From: an uncultured Gemmatimonadales bacterium
GTDB lineage: Bacteria; Gemmatimonadota; Gemmatimonadetes; Gemmatimonadales; GWC2-71-9
NCBI GenBank assembly: GCA_963779755.1
Contig: CAVZZO010000001.1
Span: 736,001-800,000, forward strand
DNA: 64,000 bases
Direction: 5' to 3'
This document shows positions 8,759 through 17,611 of this stretch, piece by piece (within the stretch, counting starts at the first letter, position 1; each line of letters begins with the position of its first letter). The translations under genes and the position numbers were made by a program. The notes below the pieces were generated by a model. The model saw only the letters and a program-made list of their open reading frames with translations. It had not been told where the DNA came from and ran no database searches.

Positions 8759-10650
8759 GTTCCTGCCACGGCGGCGCCGCCACCCTGCGCCTCGAGCCTT
8801 CCGCTGCGGCGGCCACCCAGAGCGTGACGGTGGCCCTGGTGGGGCCTCCCAACGCCGGCAAGTCCACCCTGTTCAACCGGCTGACCGGGCTGCGGCAGAC
8901 GGTCGCCAACTACCCCGGCGTGACAGTCGAAGTCCGCCGGGGCCGGCTCAGGATGGGTCGGGGTCGGGACGTGGAGCTGCTCGACCTGCCGGGCACCTAC
9001 AGCCTGCAGCCCCGCAGCGAGGACGAGCAGGTGACCGACGATGTCCTGCGCGGGCGGATGCCGGGCGCCGGAAAGCCCGATGCCGTCCTGCTGGTGCTGG
9101 ATGCGACCAATCTGGGCCGGCACCTGGTGCTGGCGGCGCCGGTCCTGGCGCTGGGGATCCCCACCCTGGTGGTCCTGAACCTGGTGGACGATCTGGAGCG
9201 GCGCGGCGGAACGGTCGATGCCGCGGCGCTGGCCCGGCAGCTTGGCGCCCCGGTGACCCTGGCCAGCGCAGCCACGGGACGCGGGCTGGAGACCATCCAC
9301 CAGTTCCTCGCCGGCCGGTTCGCGGTCCCCGCGCGGATTCCGCTGCCGGTGATCCAGAACATGCCGGCCTGCCGCGAGTGGGCGGGCCGGCTGGCGCGGG
9401 GTTCCGATTACCGGCCGCCCCTTGCCTCGGCCTGGACCAGGCGGCTGGACCGGGTGTTCCTCCACCCGGTGGCGGGGCCGCTGATCTTTCTGGCGGTGGT
9501 GGTTGCGGTGTTCCAGGCGATGTTCAGCGCCGCTGCCCCTCTCTCGGATGCCATGGAGACGGCAATCACCGGGATGGGGGGCATCCTGGTGGCGCTGCTG
9601 CCGGCCGGCTGGGTCCGCGATCTCCTGGCCCAGGGGGTGGTCGCCGGGGTTGGCTCGGTGCTGGTCTTCCTCCCCCAGATCGCGGTGCTGTTCCTGTTCA
9701 TCGGCGTGCTGGAGGACTCCGGCTATCTGGCCCGCGCGGCCCTTATCGCCGACCGCACCCTGGCCCGGGTGGGATTGCAGGGGAAGTCGTTCATCCCCCT
9801 CCTGTCGGCCTATGCCTGTGCAGTGCCCGCGGTGCTGGCGGCGCGGACGATCGAGAGCCGGCGCGACCGGCTGGCGACCATCCTGATCGCGCCGTTCATG
9901 ACATGCGCGGCCCGGCTGCCGGTGTACACCCTGATCATCGCCGCCTTCCTGCCCAACCGATCGCTCCTGGGTCCGGTGTTCGGCGTCCGGGCCGCCGCGC
10001 TGCTGGGCCTCTATGTGTTGGGGCTGCTGGCGGCAATCGGCACGGCCCGGCTGCTCAAGTCCACCATCCTGAAGAGCGACCGGACGCCCTTCGTGCTGGA
10101 GCTGCCGCCCTACCGCTGGCCTACGCTGCGCTCGCTGGGGCTGCGGCTGGTGGATCGCTCCCGCGCCTTTCTCGCCCGGGCGGGCACGGTGATCCTGGCC
10201 GTGACCGTGGGCCTCTGGGTGCTCTGCCATGTGCCGCGGGTGAACGGGAACGATCCCGACCTGAGCCGCAGCGTGGCCGGCACCCTGGGCCGGGCCATCG
10301 AGCCGGCCATCCGGCCGCTGGGCTTCGACTGGAAGGTGGGGGTGGGCCTGGTGACCTCGCTGGCCGCACGCGAGGTGATCGTGGGGACGCTGGGTACCAT
10401 CAACGGCATTCAGGGCGATGACTCACCCGAAGGGCTGCAGCGGGCGCTGCGGCGCGATCTCTCACCGGCCGGCGCGGCGGCCCTGCTGGTGTTCTTCGCC
10501 TTCGCGATGCAGTGCATCTCGACCATCGCGGTGGTCCGCCGCGAGACGGGCAGCTGGCGGCTGCCGGCGCTGCAGTTCGGCTACATGCTCACCCTGGCGT
10601 GGACCGGCGCCTGGGTGGCGCATTTCCTGGTGACAAGATTGATCGGCTGA
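8755..10650 (+). CDS. feoB: Ferrous iron transport protein B
   Basis: G1 GPPNAGKS, NYPGVT, DLPG and NLVD motifs; membrane part with LEDSGYLARAA, CAVP, MTCAARLP and ELPPY. Confidence 0.95.
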   Translation: MSSCHGGAATLRLEPSAAAATQSVTVALVGPPNAGKSTLFNRLTGLRQTVANYPGVTVEVRRGRLRMGRGRDVELLDLPGTYSLQPRSEDEQVTDDVLRGRMPGAGKPDAVLLVLDATNLGRHLVLAAPVLALGIPTLVVLNLVDDLERRGGTVDAAALARQLGAPVTLASAATGRGLETIHQFLAGRFAVPARIPLPVIQNMPACREWAGRLARGSDYRPPLASAWTRRLDRVFLHPVAGPLIFLAVVVAVFQAMFSAAAPLSDAMETAITGMGGILVALLPAGWVRDLLAQGVVAGVGSVLVFLPQIAVLFLFIGVLEDSGYLARAALIADRTLARVGLQGKSFIPLLSAYACAVPAVLAARTIESRRDRLATILIAPFMTCAARLPVYTLIIAAFLPNRSLLGPVFGVRAAALLGLYVLGLLAAIGTARLLKSTILKSDRTPFVLELPPYRWPTLRSLGLRLVDRSRAFLARAGTVILAVTVGLWVLCHVPRVNGNDPDLSRSVAGTLGRAIEPAIRPLGFDWKVGVGLVTSLAAREVIVGTLGTINGIQGDDSPEGLQRALRRDLSPAGAAALLVFFAFAMQCISTIAVVRRETGSWRLPALQFGYMLTLAWTGAWVAHFLVTRLIG

Positions 10651-10673
10651 TTTCCAGATAGCTTTACCGCGCC

Positions 10674-10701
10674 CTTCGCGACTCTTCGCGTCTTCGCGGT
10701 T
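10674..10701. repeat. Solo arm of the cgcgaagac-type short-unit repeat family
   Basis: Reverse complement AACCGCGAAGACGCGAAGAGTCGCGAAG closely matches the arms at 22618 and 22844. Confidence 0.7.
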
Positions 10702-10702
10702 C

Positions 10703-12019
10703 TCAGTTCCCGATCTCCTGCACCACCTCGCTCCCTGCCTCCGCGCCCTTGCGCAGCTCGAAATGCGCCGGGGCGCCCAAGCGCAGCCAGACGTTCCCGT
10801 TCTTGCGGGTAAGGGTGGAATCGCCCGGGAAGAGAAACAGCCCGGTCGCATCCACGGTGTCGAAGGCCACCTCCTCCCGCAGGTCGCCCACATCGGCAAC
10901 ATGGGGCTCCCTCTGCGCCACCGGATCGCCGTAGTTCAGCGCCACATCCGCGCGGAGCGGGGCCTTGCCCGGCAGCACCAGGTCGCCGCCCCGGATCAGC
11001 ACGTCGTGGGCGCCCCCGGTATTGTAGGGCAGCCGGGTGTAATCGGCCGAATCGGCTTGCCGGTAGGAGCCGGTGCCGATGGCGTCCAGCGCCCCCAGGA
11101 TACCGGCTACGTTGATGGCGCGGAGCCGCTGCTTCCCGGGGTCGTGGGGCAGCGCGCCGCTCTCGATCAGTACGGTGCTGGTGCCCCAGGTCTGTACCAG
11201 GTCGCCGAAGGCGCGCGGGTTGAAGGTGTCGTCGTACTTGGCGATATGGCCGGGAATGTCATGTCCCAGGAGCCGGGCCAGCACCGCCGCCACCAGCCGG
11301 GCGCGGGAGCGCACCGCGTTCCAGGTCCCGGCGGTATCGGTGGCGGGCGCCAGCAGCGCGATGGCCGAGCGGTGGCCGTCTATGCCCACCCGGGTGCGGG
11401 CTCCCTGGTCGTGCAGGTTGAAGCCGAAATCGGGCACCAGGCTGTCGCGCAGGCCCTTGAGCGCCCGTGCCTCGGGCGTCGCCAGCCGCCGGGCGTCGCG
11501 GTTGATGTCAATCCCGGCGGCGTTCTGCCGCTGGAAGAGCTGGGCTCCGTCCGGATTCAGCATGGGCACAAAGACGATGGTCAGGTTGCGGCGCAGCCGC
11601 TCCCGGAGGGAGTCGCCCCGGGCCTGGGCCAGGAAGCGGAAGATGTCGGCCAGGGCCATGGTGGCGGTGGATTCATCACCGTGCATCTGCGACCACAGCA
11701 ATACCTTGACGGGCCCGGTCCCGTAGGTCACCGCCCGGATGCCGCGTCCCTGGAGGGATTGCCCGATCTCGGCCGAGTGGAGGTCGGTGCCGGCGGTGAA
11801 GGGTGCCACCGCCTGCCAGAACTCGTCGTGGGTGAACCGCCGGGTGGCGATAGCCGCCACGTGGTAGCTGTCCGCCACCCGCAGGCCTTTGGTGAGCACG
11901 TCGAGCGTGCAGCAGCCGGCCGGCGAGTCGGACGTCCCTCCCCGAGCCGGCATCTGGGCGGCGGCGGGGAGGGAGAGGGACAGGGACAGCGCCAGAAGCG
12001 CCGCGACTGGACGACTCAT
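10703..12019 (-). CDS. Secreted M14 zinc carboxypeptidase family protein
   Basis: Signal peptide; QMHGDE, VPMLNPDG, DINRD, FNLHDQ and LIESG motifs. Confidence 0.9.
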   Translation of the reverse strand: MSRPVAALLALSLSLSLPAAAQMPARGGTSDSPAGCCTLDVLTKGLRVADSYHVAAIATRRFTHDEFWQAVAPFTAGTDLHSAEIGQSLQGRGIRAVTYGTGPVKVLLWSQMHGDESTATMALADIFRFLAQARGDSLRERLRRNLTIVFVPMLNPDGAQLFQRQNAAGIDINRDARRLATPEARALKGLRDSLVPDFGFNLHDQGARTRVGIDGHRSAIALLAPATDTAGTWNAVRSRARLVAAVLARLLGHDIPGHIAKYDDTFNPRAFGDLVQTWGTSTVLIESGALPHDPGKQRLRAINVAGILGALDAIGTGSYRQADSADYTRLPYNTGGAHDVLIRGGDLVLPGKAPLRADVALNYGDPVAQREPHVADVGDLREEVAFDTVDATGLFLFPGDSTLTRKNGNVWLRLGAPAHFELRKGAEAGSEVVQEIGN

Positions 12020-12097
12020 GGGCAGGGCTCGTTGGTGTGGGAACTCTCGCAAGATATCGTTTCGCAGTTTATCTCTGCCCGGCCGACGGCGGAATCG

Positions 12098-12229
12098 TCA
12101 GTCGCCGGAATCTCGGTTCCGGCCGCGCCACGCCGCGACGGCGATGGCGGTGCAGACCACGATGGAGGGCAGCACCAGGATCACCATGCCGCTCAGCATG
12201 GCATGGACGAAGCGTTCCATGGTGCTCAT
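12098..12229 (-). CDS. 43-aa single-TM peptide ending the oxidase operon (below the ORF-track cutoff)
   Basis: AGGAGG RBS; MSTMERFVHAMLSGMVILVLPSIVVCTAIAVAAWRGRNRDSGD*. Confidence 0.65.
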   Translation of the reverse strand: MSTMERFVHAMLSGMVILVLPSIVVCTAIAVAAWRGRNRDSGD

Positions 12230-12254
12230 GGGGCGGCCCTCCTGGGGCGTTGGC

Positions 12255-12557
12255 TCACGGCAGGGGGAGCCGGTGGGAGAAGAGCCGGAAGGCGTCGGGC
12301 CAGAGGTGGTCCATCATGATCAGCACGAATACCAGGGCGGGGATCAGGGCCCAGGCCAGCCGCCGCTCGTAACGGAGGTGCATGAAGAACATGAGGGCGA
12401 TGGCGGCCTCAATCACGGCCAGCCCCAGCAGCGCCGCCAGCCGCTCGTGGACCGTGAGCCCGGCGTAGGTCAGGGCCACCTCGACCGCCACGATGGCGAT
12501 GAGCGCGATCCAGACGATGATATGGGTGCGGAAGCGCGGCTCGGCGTGTTCGGTCAT
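12255..12557 (-). CDS. coxD: Cytochrome c oxidase subunit IV family protein
   Basis: Three TM segments; FFMHLRYE motif; operon position. Confidence 0.85.
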   Translation of the reverse strand: MTEHAEPRFRTHIIVWIALIAIVAVEVALTYAGLTVHERLAALLGLAVIEAAIALMFFMHLRYERRLAWALIPALVFVLIMMDHLWPDAFRLFSHRLPLP

Positions 12558-12595
12558 GGGTGGACTCGTGGTTCGAAGTTCAGGTCAGGGTCACA

Positions 12596-12684
12596 AGGGC
12601 CAGGGTCAAAGGTCGAAAGTCAAAGTCCGGCGCCGGCCAGTTTCTCGCGCCCGGGTTCGACCTTCGACCTTGGACCTTGGTCCT
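12596..12684. repeat. Inverted pair of 7-nt-unit tandem arrays (aaggtcg-type)
   Basis: Left arm AGGGCCAGGGTCAAAGGTCGAAAGTCAAAGTCCGG; right arm reverse complement AGGACCAAGGTCCAAGGTCGAAGGTCGAACCCGG. Confidence 0.75.
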
Positions 12685-12713
12685 CTGGAGCCATGCATGG
12701 GGGCCATTCCTCG

Positions 12714-13358
12714 CTACCGGGCCGCGTTCATCAGGTAGACCAGCGGGAACACGAACATCCACACCAGGTCTACGAAGTGCCAGTACAGTCCCAGCGTTTC
12801 GATATGGCCATCATTGAGGCGGCCGCGGCGGAACATCAGAGCGATGGTGCCGATGGCAATGACCCCGCAGATCACGTGGGCCAGGTGCAGCCCGGTAATG
12901 CCGAAGAACGACGCGCCGAAGATCGCCGAGCCGCCCAGGGGATTATGCGACGGGCTCCAGCCCTCATGAAACATGCTGAACCACTCGCGCAGATGCAGCG
13001 CGGCGAAGAGGATCCCCAGCAGCGCGGTAACCCAGAGCCAGCCGGTGCTCGCCGCCCGCCGCCCGGCCCTGGCCGCGGCGACCGCCGCCAGCATGCTGAG
13101 GCTGCTGGTGAGCAGGATCAGGGTCATCACCATGCCGTTGATGATGGTCGGGCTGAACTTGAAGGGCGTGGTCCAGTTGGGGCTGCCCAGGCGCAGGAAG
13201 CCGTAGGCGAACAGAATGGCGCCGAAGGTGGCCGCGTCGGCGATGATGAACAACCAGATGACCAGCTTCTTCGACTCGATCCGGAAGGGAGATTCCTCCT
13301 GTGCGCCGGCGTGGGCGTGCGCGCCGGCGGCCGGCATGGTCGTATCGGTATGAGTCAC
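12714..13358 (-). CDS. coxC: Haem-copper oxidase subunit III family protein (second copy)
   Basis: WLFIIADAATF, LLTSS, TGLHLAHV and GLYWHFVDLVW motifs; GTG start with GGAGGA RBS. Confidence 0.9.
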   Translation of the reverse strand: MTHTDTTMPAAGAHAHAGAQEESPFRIESKKLVIWLFIIADAATFGAILFAYGFLRLGSPNWTTPFKFSPTIINGMVMTLILLTSSLSMLAAVAAARAGRRAASTGWLWVTALLGILFAALHLREWFSMFHEGWSPSHNPLGGSAIFGASFFGITGLHLAHVICGVIAIGTIALMFRRGRLNDGHIETLGLYWHFVDLVWMFVFPLVYLMNAAR

Positions 13359-13395
13359 GGGTCCTCCGGAAGAAGGTCGGTCGCTCGCCCGGGGT

Positions 13396-13992
13396 TCAGA
13401 TCCTGAACACCAGCACCACGAACACGTACAGCCACAGCGCCGTCATGAAATGCCAGTAGAGCGCCGCGCCGCGCAGCGCGCCGGCCGGTGAGGGGCCGGT
13501 CATCCGCCCCAGCTTCGCCCGGACATACTGCAGTGCCACCAGCCCGCCGGTGAGGTGCAGCGCGTGCAGCACCGTCAGCAGATAGAAGAACGCGCTGCTG
13601 GGGCTGCTGCTCAGCGAGAGACCCTGGGCCACCAGCTGCCGCCAGGCGATGATCTGGCCCGCCAGGAAGAGCAGCCCCAGCACCAGGGTCAGGGTGATCC
13701 AGCGGAGCGCGTTGGGCGCCACCACCAGGTCGGCCCGGTTCTGCTGGCCCGGCAGGCCCGCCGTGGTTGCCTGCCGCGCGCCGGACAGTTCCAGCGTCAC
13801 GCTGCTCAGCAGGACGATGGCCGAGTTGAGAAACAGGATGGGCGGGAGACGGAAGTGCAGCCAGTCTGCCGCGGCCCCCTCGCGGACCACCATGGCGCTG
13901 GTGTAGGCCGCGAAGGACATGGCGATGGTCGCGATCCCGACCCAGACACCGGTACGGGTCGCTCGGGGAGGCGCGGGTCGCACGGCGGTCAC
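13396..13992 (-). CDS. coxC: Haem-copper oxidase subunit III family protein (first copy)
   Basis: LLSSVT, FFYLLTVLHALH and LYWHFM motifs; GTGA overlap with the coxA stop. Confidence 0.88.
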   Translation of the reverse strand: MTAVRPAPPRATRTGVWVGIATIAMSFAAYTSAMVVREGAAADWLHFRLPPILFLNSAIVLLSSVTLELSGARQATTAGLPGQQNRADLVVAPNALRWITLTLVLGLLFLAGQIIAWRQLVAQGLSLSSSPSSAFFYLLTVLHALHLTGGLVALQYVRAKLGRMTGPSPAGALRGAALYWHFMTALWLYVFVVLVFRI

Positions 13993-15803
13993 ACGGCCTC
14001 CCCGGGCACGGTCTCGGGCGAGGTCTGCATGACATAGTCGCCCTGCGAGCCGGCCACGCCGTAGACGTCAGGCAGGTGATGCACCACGGGGTGGCGGCCG
14101 CCGAAGTTGTCGACCGGCGGCGGCGAGGTGGTGCTCCACTCCAGCGTGGTGGCTTCCCACGGGTTGTCCGGGGCCACCGGGCCGCGGCGCTTGCTCCAGA
14201 AGAAGTTCCACAGGAAGATCAGCTGCACCGCGCCGGTGAAGAGCGCCGCCACCGTGATGAACCGGTGCAGCGGGATCGACCCCTTCATGTACTCGTCGGT
14301 GAACGCGGAGTAGCGGCGGACGTTGCCCGCCAGGCCCAGGTAGTGCATCGGCATGAAGATGCAGTACACCCCGATGAAGGTCAGCGCGAAGTGGATCTTG
14401 CCCAGCTTTTCGCTCATCATCCGGCCGTAGATCTTGGGGAACCAGAAATAGGTCCCCGCGAACATGGCAAAGATGGCGGCGACCGCCATGACGAAGTGGA
14501 AATGCGCCACGACGAAGTAGGTCCCGTGCAGGTAGGTGTCGATGGACGGCTGCGCCAGGAAGAAGCCGCTGATGCCGCCGCTCACGAACACCGAGATGAA
14601 GCCGAGGCAGAAGAGCGCGGCCGCGGTGAAGCGGATCTTGCCGCCGTACACGGTGCCGATCCACAGCAGGGTCGCGATCGTCGCCGGGATGGTAATAATC
14701 AGGGTCGGAATGGAGAACAGCGTTGCCGAGAAGGGGTTCATCCCGCTCAGAAACATGTGGTGGCCCCACACGGTGTAGCTCAGGAAGCCCACGGCCACCA
14801 TGCAGCCGATGATCACGCGGGGGCCCAGCAGGGGCTTACGCACGAATGTCGGCAGGATGTGGGAGATGATCCCGAACGCCGGCAGGATGGCGATGTACAC
14901 CTCGGGATGGCCGAAGAACCAGAAGAGATGCTGCCACAGGAGCGGGGAGCCCCCGGCGTGGTCCTGCAGCCGGTCGCTCACCACCAGCCCGGCCGGAATA
15001 AAGAAGCTGGTACCGGCCAGCCGGTCGAGCAGCAGCAGGATGCAGGCGGGGAGCAGGACCGAAAAGGCGATCAGGCCGATCACCGAGGTGATGAACCAGG
15101 CCCAGGTGGTGTAGGGCATCCGGCGCAGCTTCATGCCCTTGGTCCGCAGGTCCAGCGTGGTGGAGATGAAGTTGAGCGAGCCCAGCAGCTGGCCGATGCA
15201 GAAGATCCCGATGGATACCACCCAGAGCGTCTGCCCCAGCCCCTGGCCCGGGCCGGCGTCCTGGCCCACGGCGCTGAGCGGGGCGTAAGCGGTCCAGCCG
15301 GAGAGGGCCGGCCCCTGGGGCACGAAGAACGACGCCACCAGCACCAGGAACGCGAGGCAGGTCACCCAGAACGACATCATGTTGAACCGGGGAAACGCCA
15401 TGTCCTCGGCGCCGATCTGGATCGGCAGCATGTAGTTGCCGAAACCGGCGAAGGGAGCGGTGGTCAGTACGAAGAAGACCATGATGGTCCCGTGCATGGT
15501 CATGAGCGAGAGATACATCTCGGGGGTCATGACCCCGCCGGCGGCACCGGTGGGCGCCAGGGTACTCAGGCCGGGAATGGCGAACTTGGGCCATGCCAGG
15601 TGCAGCCGCATGAGCCACGACAGCACCATCCCCGTCACCACCGCCACCAGGGCCAGATCGAGATATTGCTTCCCGATCACCTTGTGGTCGAGGCTGAAGA
15701 TGTGCGTCCGGATAAAGCCGTGCGGGGGTTCGTGCTTGATCTGGCTGATCTTCGCAGCGGTTTCCCGGCGACGGGGTGCGGCGGGCGCTGGGGTGTCGTC
15801 CAT
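13989..15803 (-). CDS. coxA: Cytochrome c oxidase subunit I, A1 type
   Basis: DHKVIG, TMHGTIM, DMAFPRFN (D-channel), WFFGHPEVY, WGHH, AHFH and RRY motifs. Confidence 0.97.
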   Translation of the reverse strand: MDDTPAPAAPRRRETAAKISQIKHEPPHGFIRTHIFSLDHKVIGKQYLDLALVAVVTGMVLSWLMRLHLAWPKFAIPGLSTLAPTGAAGGVMTPEMYLSLMTMHGTIMVFFVLTTAPFAGFGNYMLPIQIGAEDMAFPRFNMMSFWVTCLAFLVLVASFFVPQGPALSGWTAYAPLSAVGQDAGPGQGLGQTLWVVSIGIFCIGQLLGSLNFISTTLDLRTKGMKLRRMPYTTWAWFITSVIGLIAFSVLLPACILLLLDRLAGTSFFIPAGLVVSDRLQDHAGGSPLLWQHLFWFFGHPEVYIAILPAFGIISHILPTFVRKPLLGPRVIIGCMVAVGFLSYTVWGHHMFLSGMNPFSATLFSIPTLIITIPATIATLLWIGTVYGGKIRFTAAALFCLGFISVFVSGGISGFFLAQPSIDTYLHGTYFVVAHFHFVMAVAAIFAMFAGTYFWFPKIYGRMMSEKLGKIHFALTFIGVYCIFMPMHYLGLAGNVRRYSAFTDEYMKGSIPLHRFITVAALFTGAVQLIFLWNFFWSKRRGPVAPDNPWEATTLEWSTTSPPPVDNFGGRHPVVHHLPDVYGVAGSQGDYVMQTSPETVPGEAV

Positions 15804-15856
15804 GAGCCTGCCCTTTCAGGGAAGAGAGTGCGCCGGCCAGAGGCCGGGCTCGGGAA

Positions 15857-16657
15857 TCAGTAGCCGGCCTGCTCCTGAAGCCAGGCATCGAACTTGTCCG
15901 GCGCCATGACATCCAGGTATGCCCGCATGTTGTAGTGCCCCAGCCCGCAGAGCTGGGTACAGACGATCTCGGTGTGCGCCGTCTGCGTGGCGGTGAAATG
16001 GACCGGGATCACCAGGCCGGGCACGAAGTCCTGCTGCAGCCGCAACGCGGGCACAAAGAAATTGTGGCTCACGTCCTTGGCATGCAGGGTCAGCAGCACC
16101 GGTTTGTTCACGGGCACGCCGAGGGAGGCCGTGACGATATCGTCCCGGGCCGCCACGTCGTTGGCCGGATCGAGCCCGAAGAAGTTGTAGTTGCCCTCGT
16201 CGATCAGCTCGGGATGAATGGTGCCGAACTTTCCATCGGGGCCGGGGTAGCGAAAGTAGAAGGCGAACTGTTCCGCCTGGACGTCGATCTGGAGCGCGTC
16301 GGCCGGGGCCGGCGAGAGGTAGATCTGGCTCCAGATCCGGGTGCCGACCAGCGACAGCACGATGATCTCCACGCCGACCAGCGCCGAGGCCAGCACCACC
16401 AGCGGGGTGGCTCCGCCGGGGAAGGTCTTGACCGGCCGGTCGTCCCGTTTGTCGCCATAGCGCCAGACGAACGTGGCCAGCGCCAGCTGGGCCAGCACAA
16501 ACAGCACGCCGGAGGCGATGAGGGTCTCGGTGAGCTGATGGTCGATGCCGGCCCCGGTCGTGGAAATGTCCGGCGGCAGCCACCAGATCCGCGCAATGAA
16601 AATGCCGGTGGATACGACGGTGATGATCGCCAGAACCACCGCGAACAGCTTGCCCAT
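15857..16657 (-). CDS. coxB: Cytochrome c oxidase subunit II (CuA), no fused haem c
   Basis: Membrane anchor; DVSHNF and CTQLCGLGHYNM CuA ligands; GAGGAGGA RBS. Confidence 0.93.
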   Translation of the reverse strand: MGKLFAVVLAIITVVSTGIFIARIWWLPPDISTTGAGIDHQLTETLIASGVLFVLAQLALATFVWRYGDKRDDRPVKTFPGGATPLVVLASALVGVEIIVLSLVGTRIWSQIYLSPAPADALQIDVQAEQFAFYFRYPGPDGKFGTIHPELIDEGNYNFFGLDPANDVAARDDIVTASLGVPVNKPVLLTLHAKDVSHNFFVPALRLQQDFVPGLVIPVHFTATQTAHTEIVCTQLCGLGHYNMRAYLDVMAPDKFDAWLQEQAGY

Positions 16658-16688
16658 CAGTCCTCCTCGTCGCAGAGAACCCAGGCGA

Positions 16689-16859
16689 ATCCGCGGACTG
16701 CGCAGATTGCGCGGATATCAGATCGAGGATGTGTCCGTGTCGTGAAACCGCTGAGGCCTGTCCCCGGGCCCATCGAAGATGTCCCGCGCAGGCTACGCAG
16801 ACCGGCGCCCGGCGGGGTGCCAATCTGCGTAGTCTGCGCGATCTGCGTGATCTGCGGAT
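16689..16859. repeat. Inverted pair of 9-nt-unit arrays (gcagattac-type) inside the oxidase operon
   Basis: Left arm ATCCGCGGACTGCGCAGATTGCGCGGAT; right arm reverse complement ATCCGCAGATCACGCAGATCGCGCAGACTACGCAGATT; partial internal copy near 16784. Confidence 0.75.
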
Positions 16860-17578
16860 CAGTAGGGCAGTGCCTTGAAGACGAAGTCCGCCGTCGCCGC
16901 GCCGCTGGCCGGGACGGTCACTTCCGCGGTCTGCCGGCCGAACCGCTCATGCCACGCGGTGACGGTGTACTTCCCGGCCGGCAGGCCTTCCAACGAGAAC
17001 TTCCCATCCTTGTCGGTGACCGCGTAGTGCCCGTTGTCGAGCACCACGAAGTAGCCGTGCATCCAGGGATGGATGTTGCATTTCACCGGGATGAACTCCG
17101 GCTTGGCATAGCTGGTCTCGATGGGCGGCGCCCCGGACGGCTGCGACTTGTTCCATTCGGGGTTGGTCTTGGCCAACGGATGGATGTTATGCGACGTCTT
17201 GTCGTTATTCCGGATCTCGAGCGGTTGATTGACCTGCATGACCGCGACGTGGGGGACATACTGGCAGCCCTTCTGGTCGTAGTCGACCTTCTGCGTCGCG
17301 GCCTTGCCGCCGGCGGGGGCGCCGGCCGAGATGTACACTACCACGTTGGCCAGCGTGTTACCCTCGCCCTTCACCACTGTTTCGGTCACGACAGGGGAGG
17401 AGTGCTGGGCCGCGCAGCTGGGCTCCTTGGCCATATCGATCGGATGCATCTTGGGCGGCGTGCCGGTAAAGGTCACCGTCCCGGTAATGGAACCGGCCGC
17501 GGGTGCCGGTGCCGCCGGCGCGCCCAGGGTGGCGGTGAAGAGAATCAGAATGGGTGCAGCAACCTGAAGTGTACGCAT
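16859..17578 (-). CDS. Periplasmic cupredoxin-like protein with a carboxypeptidase-regulatory-like beta-sandwich domain
   Basis: Signal peptide; HNIH...VKCNIHPWM type-1 Cu ligand set; TDKDGKFSLEGLPAGKYTVTAWHE. Confidence 0.8.
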   Translation of the reverse strand: MRTLQVAAPILILFTATLGAPAAPAPAAGSITGTVTFTGTPPKMHPIDMAKEPSCAAQHSSPVVTETVVKGEGNTLANVVVYISAGAPAGGKAATQKVDYDQKGCQYVPHVAVMQVNQPLEIRNNDKTSHNIHPLAKTNPEWNKSQPSGAPPIETSYAKPEFIPVKCNIHPWMHGYFVVLDNGHYAVTDKDGKFSLEGLPAGKYTVTAWHERFGRQTAEVTVPASGAATADFVFKALPY

Positions 17579-17611
17579 CGTTTGACGTCCCTCGACAGAA
17601 AGTCCGGACTG

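Noticed and set aside
13989..15803. Nitric oxide reductase or B/C-type oxidase
   Set aside because: GHPEVY with the cross-link Tyr, the D-channel residues and subunit III genes indicate the A1 family.
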